From: Macrostomum hystrix
Lineage: Eukaryota; Animalia; Platyhelminthes
Direction of reading: 5' to 3'
NCBI GenBank assembly: GCA_950097015.1
Contig: CATNEN010000029.1
Coordinates: 62,001 to 126,000, forward strand
DNA: 64,000 bases
This document shows, one piece after another, positions 31,826 to 46,652 of the stretch (within the stretch, counting starts at the first letter, position 1; each line of letters starts with the position of its first letter). A program made the translations under genes and the position numbers. Below the pieces are notes generated by a model. The model worked only from the letters and a program-made list of their open reading frames with translations, was not told where the DNA came from and did no database searches.

Positions 31826-34800
31826 ATGATCCACATTTGGCAGCGACAGGCGCGGTTGTCAGTGCCTACCGTTGGACTGATTATTCTGCTGTATCTAACG
31901 ACCGACAGTCAGGTGCGTCGCAAGCGGAACAGACACTGTAGGCAGAGAGAAAAACAGAACATCAGAAGGATGAACAGACACTGTTGGCAGAGAGAAACAT
32001 AGAACATCAGAAGGATGAACAGACACTGTTGGCAGAGAGAAACATAGAACATCAGAAGGATGTACAGACACTGTAGGCAGGGAGACAGACAGAACATCAG
32101 AAGGATGAACAGACACTGTTGGCAGAGAGAAACATAGAACATCAGAAGGATGAACAGACACTGTAGGCAGGGAGACAGACAGAACATCAGAAGGATGTAC
32201 AGAAACTGTAGGCAGACAGACAGACAGAACATCAGAAGGATGGACAGCCACTGCAGGCAGAGAGACAGACAGAACATGAGAAGCATGTACAGACACTGTA
32301 GGCAGACAGAAACACAGAACATGAGAAGCATGTACAGACACTGTAGGCAGACAGAAACACAGAACATGAGAAGCATGTACAGACACTGTAGGCAGACAGA
32401 AACACAGAACATCAGAAGGATGAACAGACACTGTTGGCAGAGAGAAACATAGAACATCAGAAGGATGTACAGACACTGTAGGCAGGGAGACAGACAGAAC
32501 ATCAGAAGGATGTACAGACACTGTAGGCAGACAGACAGACAGAACATCAGAAGGATGGACAGCCACTGCAGGCAGAGAGACAGACAGAACATGAGAAGCA
32601 TGTACAGACACTGTAGGCAGACAGAAACACAGAACATGAGAAGCATGTACAGACACTGTAGGCAGACAGAAACACAGAACATGAGAAGCATGTACAGACA
32701 CTGTAGACAGACAGAAACACAGAACATCAGAAGCATGTACAGACACTGTAGACAGACAGAAACACAGAACATCAGAAGGATGTACAGACACTGTAGGCAG
32801 GGAGACAGACAGAACATAAAAAGGATTTACAGACACTGTAGGCAGACAGAAACACAGAACATGAGAAGCATGTACAGACACTGTAGGCAGACAGAAACAC
32901 AGAACATGAGAAGCATGTACAGACACTGTAGGCAGACAGAAACACAGAACATCAGAAGCATGTACAGACACTGTAGACAGACAGAAACACAGAACATCAG
33001 AAGGATGTACAGACACTGTAGGCAGGGAGACAGACAGAACATAAAAAGGATTTACAGACACTGTAGGCAGGAAGACAGACAGAACATCAGAAGGATGAAC
33101 AGACACTGTTGGCAGACAGAAACACAGAACATCAGAAGGATGGACAGACACTGTAGGCAGACAGAAACACAGAACATGAGAAGCATGTACAGACACTGTA
33201 GGCAGACAGAAACACAGAACATGAGAAGCATGTACAGACACTGTAGGCAGACAGAAACACAGAACATGAGAAGCATGTACAGACACTGTAGACAGACAGA
33301 AACACAGAACATCAGAAGCATGTACAGACACTGTAGACAGACAGAAACACAGAACATCAGAAGGATGTACAGACACTGTAGGCAGGGAGACAGACAGAAC
33401 ATAAAAAGGATTTACAGACACTGTAGGCAGGAAGACAGACAGAACATCAGAAGGATGGGCAGCCACTGTAGGCAGACAGACAGACAGACAGACATTGCAG
33501 CACAAGTAACACCCAATCAACTCATGCGAAACCTTGTAAACACAGTAAGATTGTTTTCTATTTAATTTAAGCGCAAGGCAATAAAATGATCTGTCGCAGG
33601 CCGGATATTAGCTATGCTATGACATTAGCTATGCCGCCAACAGCATTTGTCCCTTTGTCTTTGTTAATTTACCTCAACTGTCAGATGCTTTGATTGTGAT
33701 AAGCCCAACCAATATTCCCACAGGGATCTTTACATGACAACCTCCCAGTCCAATCTTTCGCATCCCTCATTAGAGCTTGAGACCGACCTTGTGAGTCTAG
33801 CGTTTCAAATCCCCATTTTCCAAAATCAGAGTATCGTGCAGCCAGAGAGGGAAGTCAGTGAAGTCGCGGGTTCAGGTGGAGGTTGAGCGCTGCTCATTCT
33901 TTGAGCTGCTCAAACCAGACACGCCCGGCAGCCTCTTGGAGACGCTTTCAGCTCAACTCTGCCTGCTCAAACTCCCCTGCCTGTCTATTGCCCTGTCTCT
34001 CCCCCCAGACCGCTCTTCTCAACGGTGAATTGAGCAGTGCTCACGCGTTAGACACTTTGCCTCCCTACTTTATATAATCATCCCTTTCTATACTCTAGTC
34101 ATCTTCTCAGCCTCAGACTCAAGCTCAAGCGGTTCCAGGTGGAATTAGGATAGAAAAGGATACACATGAGTACTCTGAGTATGAGCAAGGTACGTATTGC
34201 GCAGGTTCTGATGATTAATTCAAATTATTTTCTTAGCCCCAATAGAAATTTTAGATACTAAATTCATTGACAGTAATATGTTGACTTTGACAGTTAACTT
34301 TATTTTATCATGAAATAGACGGGCGTATAATTATTACCTGACACCCGAACACACCTGACACCCGAAGACACCTGACACCCGAACACACCTGACACCCGAA
34401 CACACCTGAAACCCGAAGACACCTGACACCCGAACACACCTGACACCCGAAGACACCTGAAACCCGAAGACACCTGACACCCGAACACACCTGACACCCG
34501 AAGACACCTGAAACCCGAACACACCTGAAACCCGAAGACACCTGACACCCGAACACACCTGACACCCGAAGACACCTGACACCCGAACACACCTGACACC
34601 CGAAGACACCTGAAACCCGAAGACACCTGAAACCCGAACACACCTGAAACCCGAACACACCTAACACCCGAACACACCTGACACCCGAACACACCTGAAA
34701 CCCGAACACACCTGAAACCCGAAGACACCTGAAACCCGAACACACCTGACACCCGAACACACCTGAAACCCGAACACACCTGACACCCGAACACACCTGA

Positions 34801-37800
34801 AACCCGAACACACCTGAAACCCGAACACACCTGACACCCGAACACACCTGAAACCCGAACACACCTGAAACCCGAACACACCTGAAACCCGAACACACCT
34901 GAAACCCGAACACACCTGAAACCCGAACACACCTGACACCCGAACACACCTGAAACCCGAACACACCTGAAACCCGAACACACCTGACACCCGAATCTTC
35001 AGGCCGGCAGCAACCTAGAATTCCAGCTGAGCCTGCGAGGCTTCAGCAATCCGGCTGGCCAATTAGCCGACGGTCGCTGCTGCTCGCCCACCGGCTCTTG
35101 TCCCGGCGACTGCCGAACATTCGTCCGAGTCTGCGTCACAGTCAGGCGTGACATTCTCGTCAGCGGCGGCGGTGGCGGCGGCGGCGGCGGCGTCACAGGC
35201 GGTTTCCCGGGGCCTCGAGATGCTTGCATAATAGTGGATCACCTAACCGGAGTTCTCGGAGGAAACAATCTGACCCGGCCTCTGCAAGACCTTCGCGTCG
35301 ATCCGAAGGCGTGGGTGGTGAGTCAGCAAATTTAAATTGAAACTGCATTTAAATTGCACTGGCGTAGGTGGAAAAAACTAAAAATAGAAGATTTCCTGAT
35401 AATTGCCCATCCTTTTTTACGCATTTTCTAAAATCCGGAAACGCGACGTATTCTTACTTTTTTACGATTTTTTTCGCGATAATAGCTTTTCTGTGCCAGA
35501 AAATAGAATTTTGATTCCTACATTATTCTCTCCGTCAATCTCGTGACGACTAAATCCAAATTTGACAATAGGGACACAAGAAAAATTAGATTACCAATCC
35601 TCTTTACTTATTCTAACTACGACTATAATTTTCTACTTTTCTTTTGTTCTCCTAAAATCTATATTTGTATAGTTCTGTTTCTGCTTTATGCCCATACAAA
35701 GCCGAACGATGACTAAATACACATAGCTGCCTTGTTAATCTACCGTATATACTGACTATTGTATTGATATTTATTAGGCGCCGAAAGTTGAGAAGCACGG
35801 AATAGGAGCCCAGTAAGGTCGAGTTTCACTAGCTCTAACAGTGTCAGACTAACACCGCCTCCTCAAACTGTAGGCTGATCGCGCATTCGCAGTGGTATTC
35901 GACCTGCTGCACCTGCCCCAACCGCATCACGTGACCAACAGGACCCTGGGTGAGTGCGGCTTGAAAACACAAAACTTTCACTCTTCTGGTCTGCCTCCTT
36001 ACGCGCATCTGCTCGGTCTAAACCTTTTTTTTGTCTTTCCGTGTCTCATTAGAGAGAAAGAAGCTGATATGAGATTAAATAATGGGGATTGGAGAAGAGA
36101 CAGGAGGGATAGAGAAGAGAGAATAGAGAATAGATAAGAGAGAATAGAGAATAGATAAGAGAGAATAGAGAATAGATAAGAGAGAATAGAGAATAGATAA
36201 GATAGAATAGAGAATAGATAAGAGAGAATAGAGAATAGATAAGAGAGAATAGAGAATAGATAAGAGAGAATAGAGACTAGATAAGATAGAATAGAGAATA
36301 GATAAGAGAGAATAGAGAATAGATAAGAGAGAATAGAGAATAGATAAGAGAGAATAGAGACTAGATAAGATAGAATAGAGAATAGATAAGAGAGAATAGA
36401 GAATAGGTAAGAGAGAATAGAGAATAGAGAATAGAGAATAGGTAAGAGAGAATAGAGAATAGAGAATAGAGAATAGGTAAGAGAGAATAGAGAATATAGA
36501 ATAGATGAGAGAGAATAGAGAATAGAAAATAGATGAGAGAGAATAGAGAATAGAGAATAGATGAGAGAGAATAGATGAGAGAGAATAGAGAATAGATAAG
36601 AGAGAATAGAGAATAGATAAGAGAGAATAGAGAATAGATAAGAGAGAATAGAGAATAGATAAGAGAGAATAGAGACTAGATAAGATAGAATAGAGAATAG
36701 ATAAGAGAGAATAGAGAATAGATAAGAGAGAATAGAGAATAGATGAGAGAGAATAGAGAATAGATAAGAGAGAAGAGATAAGCGGAAATTGAGACTAGAA
36801 CAGAGATAGGAGGGAAGATAAGAGATGGGAGGGGATAGAAGAGGAGACGAGAGAATTGGTGGAAGTGTAGTTAAAAATATAATTATTTTCCCGTTTCTCA
36901 TTTTTTATTTTTTCCATAATCCCTACTACATTGTCTGTAATTCCTGATCTCTTAACCTTTGTCAGTCGTCATATGATTCCCCATATGTAAGCGGCATAAG
37001 GATTCAGTTTTAACTAGCTCGTAGCTTCTTATTTCCGCAAATGTCGCTTATTTCTGCAAGGAAACCTGCCTTTATTTTTCTGATTGAGACAGCTATAGGC
37101 TTCACAAAGCAATAATACTCGTACTAGGCAGGGAATATGCTATCCAATAGATGGATAGAGAATTGATGGAAATTTCTAGATAGAGAATTGATAGAAATAG
37201 ATGGATAGAGAATTGATAGAAATAGATGGATAGAGAATTGATAGAAATAGATGGATAGAGAATTGATAGAAATAGATGGATAGAGAATTGATGGAAATTT
37301 CTAGATAGAGAATTGATAGAAATAGATGGATAGAGAATTGATAGAAATAGATGGATAGAGAATTGATAGAAATAGATGGATAGAGAATTGATAGAAATAG
37401 ATGGATAGAGAATTGATAGAAATAGATGGATAGAGAATTGATAGAAATAGATGGATAGAGAATTAATAGAATAGATTGATAGAGAATTGATAGAAATAGA
37501 TGGATAGAGAATTGATAGAAATAGATGGATAGAGAATTGATAGAAATAGATGGATAGAGAATTGATAGAATAGATTGATAGAGAATTGATAGAAATAGAT
37601 GGATAGAGAATTGATAGAAATAGATGGATAGAGAATTTGATATAAATAGATGGATAGAGAATTGATAGAATAGATTGATAGAGAATTGATAGAAATAGAT
37701 GGATAGAGAATTGATAGAAATAGATGGATAGAGAATTGATAGAAATAGATGGATAGAGAATTGATAGAAATAGATGGATAGAGAATTGATAGAAATAGAT

Positions 37801-40800
37801 GGATAGAGAATTGATAGAAATAGATGGATAGAGAATTGATAGAAATAGATGGATAGAGAATTGATAGAAATAGATGGGTAGAGAATTGATAGAATAGATT
37901 GATAGAGAATTGATAGAAATAGATGGATAGAGAATTGATAGAAATAGATGGATAGAGAATTTGATATAAATAGATGGATAGAGAATTGATAGAATAGATT
38001 GATAGAGAATTGATAGAAATAGATGGATAGAGAATTGATAGAAATAGATGGATAGAGAATTGATAGAAATAGATGGATAGAGAATTGATAGAAATAGATG
38101 GATAGAGAATTGATAGAAATAGATGGATAGAGAATTGATAGAAATAGATGGGTAGAGAATTGATAGAAATAGATGGATAGAGAATTGATAGAAATAGATG
38201 GATAGAGAATTGATAGAAATAGATGGATAGAGAATTGATAGAAATAGATGGATAGAGAATTGATAGAAATAGATGGATAGAGAATTTGATATAAATAGAT
38301 GGATAGAGAATTGATAGAAATAGATGGATAGAGAATTGATAGAAATAATTATAGATGGATAGAGAATTGATAGAAATAGATGGATAGAGAATTGATAGAA
38401 ATAATTATAGATGGATAGAGAATTGATAGAATAGATGGATAGAGAATTGATACAAATTATCTATCAGATCTAGAAAAAGATTTTTTCGGCCATTGTTTCT
38501 CAGTTCTCGGCTCATGGCTCGGTCCATACGCACACCCTTAACCTCAAACGCCTGTCAATTACTGTCTATCAACTTGCATACATTTAGAAAGCAGGTAAGA
38601 ACCAGTTGTTTAAATTTCATGAATATCTGAGAAGAGGGCCAATCAATTGATCAATATTTCTTCTTCTGGACAGTGAGTTAAGTCACCACCTAAGACTATG
38701 ACAGAAGAACTACTGAGGAGTTAATGCTATGCGATAAAAACATTTTCAAGTCATTTCTCTTTTCCGGAAGATAAGTTTTCGCTCTCAAAGATCTCGTCAT
38801 CTCAAAAACATCCCTTATTCTCACAATGATCCCTAATTCTCACAATGATCCCTAATCTCACAACCATCCCTAATCTGACAATGATCCCTAATCTCACAAT
38901 GATCCCTAATCTCACAATGATCCCTAATCTGACAATGATCCCTAATCTCACAACCATCCCTAATCTGACAATGATCCCTAATCTCACAATGATCCCTAAT
39001 CTGACAATGATCCCTAATCTCACAATGATCCCTCATCTCACAATCATCCCTAATCTCCTAATGATTATATAACCCCTGTATATTTAGTTTATCCCTCAAT
39101 AACTAGACGCTAATCCCAATCCTTGAATCCCGCAGGCCTGCTTATCTCTCGCCGAGTGGTTAGGGAAGAAAATTACCTGCCCACCGGTAACTGGACTGTA
39201 CACAGCAGAGCTATCGGTGGCATTGGCCTGGAATTCGGCTACCGGTTCCGCTGCCGCCTCGGATTCTATGGCCACAGCTGTCAGAAGCAGTGCATGCCGC
39301 GAGATGACTTACTGGGACACTACTCATGCTCAGCAGCTGGGGAGATGCGCTGCCTGCCCGGCTACTCCGGTGACCGATGCACAACACGTAAGGGAAGAGA
39401 GCTCTAGAGATAGGGAAGAGAGATCTAGAGATAGGGAAGAGAGCTCTAGAGATAGGGAAGAGAGATCTAGAGATAGGGAAGAGAGCTCTAGTGATAGGGC
39501 AGAGAGATCTAGTGATAGGGCAGAGAGATCTAGTGATAGGGAAGAGAGATCTAGTGATAGTAGGGACAAATGTAGACGAAGGAGAGATCTAGAGATCTTA
39601 AATAGGCGAAAAAGAGAGAGAGAAGATATATCAAGGAGGAAGAGGATGCATCTAGAGAAGATTCGCTTGTAGATGACAAGTAAATAATAGCTCGTATTTA
39701 ATGTAGTTTTACTGCCTCTGCCCCGCAGCCACTTGCCAGCCAGCTTGCGTTCAGGGCACGTGCACTGGACCAAATCGCTGCAGGTGAGTTTTTTAGGGAT
39801 TTCCCATAGATATTCTCCCAGATCTCATTGGGATTTTCTGAAAGATCTTCCTCGAGATTTCGTTAGATCCCCCTTCCACCTGAGATTTCCAGTAGAAAAA
39901 TTCTAAGAGTTTTCCGAGATCCAATTTAACCTAAAATTTCCCGTCAAACTGTGTAAAACATTTTCCAAGATCCCATTCCACAAGTGACTTCCCAACGATT
40001 ATCTCCCCGACTTTGCAAAACCAATCCCAATTTTCCCATTGGGATTTGCCATAGACATTTCACGAGATCCCATTCTACCTATTGTTTCGGACAGATATTC
40101 ACCTATTTCTCCTAAAATTGCATGGATCCCATTTAAAAATTACGAGCTGTAATCCCAAAATCCCATTCCTGGAAAGAGGATGCTCCGAATAATTATTGTT
40201 CAAACCGCAGCTGTTTCACTGGCTGGCGCGGCGCCAACTGCTCAGCTTGCATCCCGATGCCGCAGTGCTCAAGTCGCGGCTACTGCAACAAACCGTTGGA
40301 GTGCCTCTGCCCGCCCGGATACGGCGGCCTGTTCTGCGATATTGGTCAGTCCTTCGACTTGCCTTTTACTTGCGAGTAAAAGGGGAAAACAGACTGCTTT
40401 GTGTCTGCGTTTGTGCAAACTTCAGTCGCCGAGAATAGGGGAAAAAGCAACTGCTCAAAGGATAGGCAAAAAACGGCAGAAAATGAGACGACCAAATGAG
40501 TGAAAGGGAAAATGAGGACAGACAAGAAATCCCTAGGCGGAGGGCAGGGCGCCGGGATAGACGGGTTGAGGTGGGCAAATCGCCTCTGATTTCTTCCCGT
40601 TCAATCCTCATTCTCATCTGCCTCTCTCCATCTCTCTACTCGGGGGTGGGGGGGGGGCATCGATTGACGCCCGCCTCCGAAATTTTACAAAGGCTCAAAA
40701 TCCTTTATCTTTCTCACCTGTCTGTCGCTTGTACTTTTCATCCTAAGATGAGATTGACTCTTTGGGACTTGTAGACTAGAGCCGGGTCTGTAATGCGATA

Positions 40801-43800
40801 TCAGGCTAGTCTTCCAACTAATGAGGTGTACATCATTTGCTTCTCTTGATCCCCTCATTCAATAGATCTGCGCTGGTGTCAACACAATCCGAATCCCTGC
40901 TTGCATGGCGGCCAGTGCAAGAATCTGGACAGGCAGGGCTACAATTACACCTGCCAGTGCCGGCCGGGCTATACCGGCTTTCACTGCGAGAGACAGCTCA
41001 CCAACTGCAGCGAGCCTTGGGGCTCCTGCCTCAATGGCGGCCTCTGCCTGACGGTGAGGCTGGGTTGTGGAGAGCGGGCGAAGGAGAGAATGCGGAGGTG
41101 TGAATTTTGGTGGCTGCGAGTGAAAGGGGGAATGCGGAGGTGTGAAGTTTGGTAGGTGCGAGTGAAAGGGGGAATGCGGAGATGTGAAGTTTGTTAGGTG
41201 CGAGTAAAAGGGGGAATGCGGAGGTGTGAAGTTTGGTAGGTGCGAGTGAAAGGGGGAATGCGGAGGTGTGAAGTTTGGTAGGTGCGAGTAAGAGGGGGAA
41301 TGCGGAGGTGTGAAGTTTGGTAGGTGCGAGTAAAAGGGGGAATGCAGAGGTGTGAAGTTTAGTGGGTGCGAGTGAAAGGGGATATGCGGAGGTGTGAAGT
41401 TTGGTAGGTGCGAGTAAAAGGGGGAATGCGGAGGTGTGAAGTTTAGTGGGTGCGAGTGAAAGGGGGAATGCGGAGGTGTGAAGTTTGGTGGTTGTGAGTG
41501 AAAAGGGGAATGCGGAGGTGTGAAGTTTGGTGGCTGCGAAAGAAAGGGGGAATGCGGAGGTGTGAAGTTTGGTGGCTGCGAGAGAAAGGGGAATGCGGAG
41601 GTGTGAAGACTGACGGTGAAGTTCAGCTCACAAATGTTATTGCTATCGCAGTCAAAAAAATGTTGCCTTTGGCTATGTTGACTCTTATTATCAATAACAT
41701 CTGTTATCTCAGCTCATCACTCAATCCACAAGTAACTCACTTGGACGCCCTAAAACCTACAAGAAAATATCATAATTAGCGAAAAACTTTTATCGCATTT
41801 TTTCAGAAAATGTTCTCAACATTCAATTGCATGTGGGGCAACGAAATATTTACAATAATTCAAGTCCTGACTCTCTCATACGGTATCATGACACTGAGTT
41901 TCGTCCTTTGACGATCAAAGTTCTCACACCCACTCAAATATTAGACCATGAATAATTTATTAGCATGCAACAAAAGAAACAGAGAAAAATCTACATTGAG
42001 ACACATTTCTGTCATTAAAGTATATTTTAAGCCTGAGTACTCACGAGTGACTCACAATTGCTTTCTGGGCTTGGATTGCGAATCAAGCTTGTTAGCTAAA
42101 TCTAATTATATAAGTTAACATATTTACTTGAAACGCACTTTAAAACAGGCCTCTAAATAGATTTGTATTTCTGTCTCCCTCCCGCTGTCTATATGGTCGT
42201 TCTCCTTTGCCCCCCGTCTGTAAATCTCATTTGCCCCCTGTCTGTAAATGTCATTTGCCCCCCTGTCTGTAAATCTCATTTGCCCCCCCCTGTCTGTAAA
42301 TCTCATTTGCCCCCTGTCTGTAAATCTCATTTGCCCCCCCACCCTGACTGTAAATCTCATTTGCCCCCCCACCCTGACTGTAAATCTCATTTGCCCCCAC
42401 CCTGACTGTAAATCTCATTTGCCCCCACCCTGTCTGTAAAACTCTTTTGCCCCCTGTCTGTAAAACTCTTTTGCTCCTGTCTGTAAAACTCTTTTGCCCC
42501 CTGTCTGTAAATCTCATTTGCTCCTGTCTGTAAATCTCATTTGCCCCCTGTCTGTAAATCTCATTTGCTCCTGTCTGTAAATCTCATTTGCCCCCTGTCT
42601 GTAAATCTCATTTGCTCCTGTCTGTAAATCTCATTTGCCCCCTGTCTGTAAATCTCATTTGCTCCTGTCTGTAAATCTCATTTGCCCCCTGTCTGTAAAT
42701 CTCATTTGCTCCTGTCTGTAAATCTCATTTGCCCCCTGTCTGTAAATCTCATTTGCTCCTGTCTGTAAATCTCATTTGCCCCCTGTCTGTAAATCTCATT
42801 TGCCCCCCTGTCTGTAAATCTCATTTGCCCCCTGTCTGTAAATCTCATTTGCCCCTGTCTGTAAAACTATATTGCTCCTGTCTGTAAAACTCTTTTGCCC
42901 CCTGTCTGTAAATCTCATTTGCTCCTGTCTGTAAATCTCATTTGCCCCCTGTCTGTAAATCTCATTTGCTCCTGTCTGTAAATCTCATTTGCCCCCTGTC
43001 TGTAAATCTCATTTGCCCCCCCTGTCTGTAAATCTCATTTGCCCCCTGTCTGTAAATCTCATTTGCCCCCCACCCTGTCTGTAAATCTCATTTGCCCCCT
43101 GTCTGTAAATCTCATTTGCCCCCACCCTGTCTGTAAAACTCTTTTCCCCCTGTCTGTAAAACTATTTTGCTCCTGTCTGTAAAACTCTTTTGCCCCCTGT
43201 CTGTAAATCTCATTTGCTCCTGTCTGTAAATCTCATTTGCCCCCTGTCTGTAAATCTCATGTGCCCCCCGTCTGTAAAATTTCATTTGCTACCTGTCTGC
43301 AAAAACTCTTTTACTCCTGTCTGTAAAACTCTTTTGCCCCCTGTCTGTAAAACTATTTTGCTCCTGTCTGTAAATCTCTTTTGCCCCCTGTCTGTAAATC
43401 TCATTTGCTCCTGTCTGTAAATCTCATTTGCCCCCTGTCTGTAAATCTCATTTGCTCCTGTCTGTAAATCTCATTTGCCCCCTGTCTGTAAATCTCATTT
43501 GCCCCCCCTGTCTGTAAATCTCATTTGCCCCCTGTCTGTAAATCTCATTTGCCCCCCACCCTGTCTGTAAATCTCATTTGCCCCCTGTCTGTAAATCTCA
43601 TTTGCCCCCACCCTGTCTGTAAAACTCTTTTCCCCCTGTCTGTAAAACTATTTTGCTCCTGTCTGTAAAACTCTTTTGCCCCCTGTCTGTAAATCTCATT
43701 TGCTCCTGTCTGTAAATCTCATTTGCCCCCTGTCTGTAAATCTCATTTGCCCCCCCTGTCTGTAAATCTCTTTTGCCCCCTGTCTGTAAATCTCATTTGC

Positions 43801-46614
43801 TCCTGTCTGTAAATCTCATTTGCCCCCTGTCTGTAAATCTCATTTGCTCCTGTCTGTAAATCTCATTTGCCCCCTGTCTGTAAATCTCATTTGCCCCCCC
43901 TGTCTGTAAATCTCATTTGCCCCCTGTCTGTAAATCTCATTTGCCCCCCACCCTGTCTGTAAATCTCATTTGCCCCCTGTCTGTAAATCTCATTTGCCCC
44001 CACCCTGTCTGTAAAACTCTTTTCCCCCTGTCTGTAAAACTATTTTGCTCCTGTCTGTAAAACTCTTTTGCCCCCTGTCTGTAAATCTCATTTGCTCCTG
44101 TCTGTAAATCTCATTTGCCCCCTGTCTGTAAATCTCATGTGCCCCCCGTCTGTAAAATTTCATTTGCTACCTGTCTGCAAAAACTCTTTTACTCCTGTCT
44201 GTAAAACTCTTTTGCCCCCTGTCTGTAAAACTATTTTGCTCCTGTCTGTAAATCTCTTTTGCCCCCTGTCTGTAAATCTCATTTGCTCCTGTCTGTAAAT
44301 CTCATTTGCCCCCTGTCTGTAAATCTCATTTGCTCCTGTCTGTAAATCTCATTTGCCCCCTGTCTGTAAATCTCATTTGCCCCCCCTGTCTGTAAATCTC
44401 ATTTGCCCCCTGTCTGTAAATCTCATTTGCCCCCCACCCTGTCTGTAAATCTCATTTGCCCCCTGTCTGTAAATCTCATTTGCCCCCACCCTGTCTGTAA
44501 AACTCTTTTCCCCCTGTCTGTAAAACTATTTTGCTCCTGTCTGTAAAACTCTTTTGCCCCCTGTCTGTAAATCTCATTTGCTCCTGTCTGTAAATCTCAT
44601 TTGCCCCCTGTCTGTAAATCTCATTTGCCCCCCCTGTCTGTAAATCTCTTTTGCCCCCTGTCTGTAAATCTCATTTGCTCCTGTCTGTAAATCTCATTTG
44701 CCCCCTGTCTGTAAATCTCATTTGCTCCTGTCTGTAAATCTCATTTGCCCCCTGTCTGTAAATCTCATTTGCCCCCCCTGTCTGTAAATCTCATTTGCCC
44801 CCTGTCTGTAAATCTCATTTGCCCCCCACCCTGTCTGTAAATCTCATTTGCCCCCTGTCTGTAAATCTCATTTGCCCCCACCCTGTCTGTAAAACTCTTT
44901 TCCCCCTGTCTGTAAAACTATTTTGCTCCTGTCTGTAAAACTCTTTTGCCCCCTGTCTGTAAATCTCATTTGCTCCTGTCTGTAAATCTCATTTGCCCCC
45001 TGTCTGTAAATCTCATGTGCCCCCCGTCTGTAAAATTTCATTTGCTCCCTGTCTGCAAAAACTCTTTTACTCCTGTCTGTAAAACTCTTTTGCCCCCTGT
45101 CTGTAAAACTATTTTGCTCCTGTCTGTAAATCTCTTTTGCCCCCTGTCTGTAAATCTCATTTGCTCCTGTCTGTAAATCTCATTTGCCCCCTGTCTGTAA
45201 ATCTCATTTGCCCCCCCTGTCTGTAAATCTCATTTGCCCCCTGTCTGTAAATCTCATTTGCTCCTGTCTGTAAAACTCTTTTGCTCCTGTCTGTAAATCT
45301 CATTTGCTCCTGTCTGTAAAACTCTTTTGCTCCTGTCTGTAAATCTCATTTGCTCCTGTCTGTAAAACTCTTTTGCTCCTGTCTGTAAAACTCTTTTGCT
45401 CCTGTCTGTAAATCTCATTTGCTCCTGTCTGTAAAACTCTTTTGCTCCTGTCTGTAAAACTCTTTTGCTCCTGTCTGTAAAACTCTTTTGCTCCTGTCTG
45501 TAAAACTCTTTTGCTCCTGTCTGTAAAACTCTTTTGCTCCTGTCTGTAAAACTCTTGCTCCTGTCTGTAAAACTCTTTTGCTCCTGTCTGTAAAACTCTT
45601 TTGCTCCTGTCTGTAAATCTCCTTTGGATGGCTGTAAACTTTCTCACCGTCTCTATGAATATCCTTATCCCCTGTGTGTAGTCTATTCTCAATATCCTGG
45701 AATCCCTTTACTACTGAGTGAGTTTAGCTTCAGTTCAGAAAAATAAAATAAGAAAAAGGATTGCCCGGCGCTCAATGACAGGTGCTCGGGTGGCATGGCT
45801 TTGTCCCAGTGGCCTATTCCCCTGTCAAACACTGAGCCAAATAGTCAAACAAAACTTTGAGACACGCATTGTGGGGAAGAGAGACGTGCCCTGCCAACGA
45901 TTTCATTGCTTGAGTGTAGTTTATTTCTTGCCCAATCACGCCCACTTCCCACACTCGCTCTCAGTCTCGCCTTCCTCAAACACTCGCGGAGAAAACAGGT
46001 GAGTAGGTCAGAACTGATTCCTCCTCATCTTAGTCATCTTAGTTGAAAATCGTCGTCCAATTTTCCAAGGCTCGAGAAGCCAAACACGAACTAGAACCGA
46101 ACCTAAGCCGTGCCTCATTAGCTCACAATTAGCAGGTTGGTCTGATTCTGCTGATCAGTTGATGCGCATAAGAGATTCATTAGGTATGGTTTAACATAAC
46201 CATTTTTTGAGCGTCAATGGGTTTAGTGTTATCGTGAAAATATTATGTGCCTTAATTAGGACTTCACGAACAGGAAACACTGCCATGCATTTTTATCTAA
46301 TTATTGTTGTTTTGAGAGTGGGACAGACAGGTAGGGAGAGTGGGACAGACAGGTAGGGAGAGTGGGACAGACAGGTAGGGAGAGTGGGACAGACAGGTAG
46401 GGAGAGTGGGACAGACAGCTATCCAGCATGTTATTCTTGTGCCGCCTCTCCGCATCCATCCAGAACTCCTCCGGCAGTTCCACATCGTCCAATGTCTGCG
46501 CCTGTCCAATCGGCTTCTACGGCAGCAGGTGCCAGTTTAATTACACCACCTGCGCCGACAATCCGTGCGGCGACCGGGGCGTCTGCCGCGACCTGCCGGC
46601 GAAGGACGGCGTCA

Positions 46615-46652
<38 letters not shown>

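Noticed and set aside
31895-33565. 541-aa, 366-aa and 302-aa ORFs with 15-aa periodicity
   Set aside because: A 45-bp intronic repeat open in several frames on both strands; lies within Delta intron 1.
33850-34080. GC-richer stretch considered as an alternative Delta first exon
   Set aside because: No ATG-initiated signal peptide with a phase-0 donor; the exon at 31826-31912 fits much better.
35999-36901. 300-aa hydrophobic (SILSYLF)n ORF
   Set aside because: Reverse-strand reading of a purine-rich 21-bp repeat.
28451-45953. TGTGGGAA CSL-type sites around Delta (28451, 33715, about 45946)
   Set aside because: Isolated 8-mers at about chance frequency for this length; no paired-site architecture.
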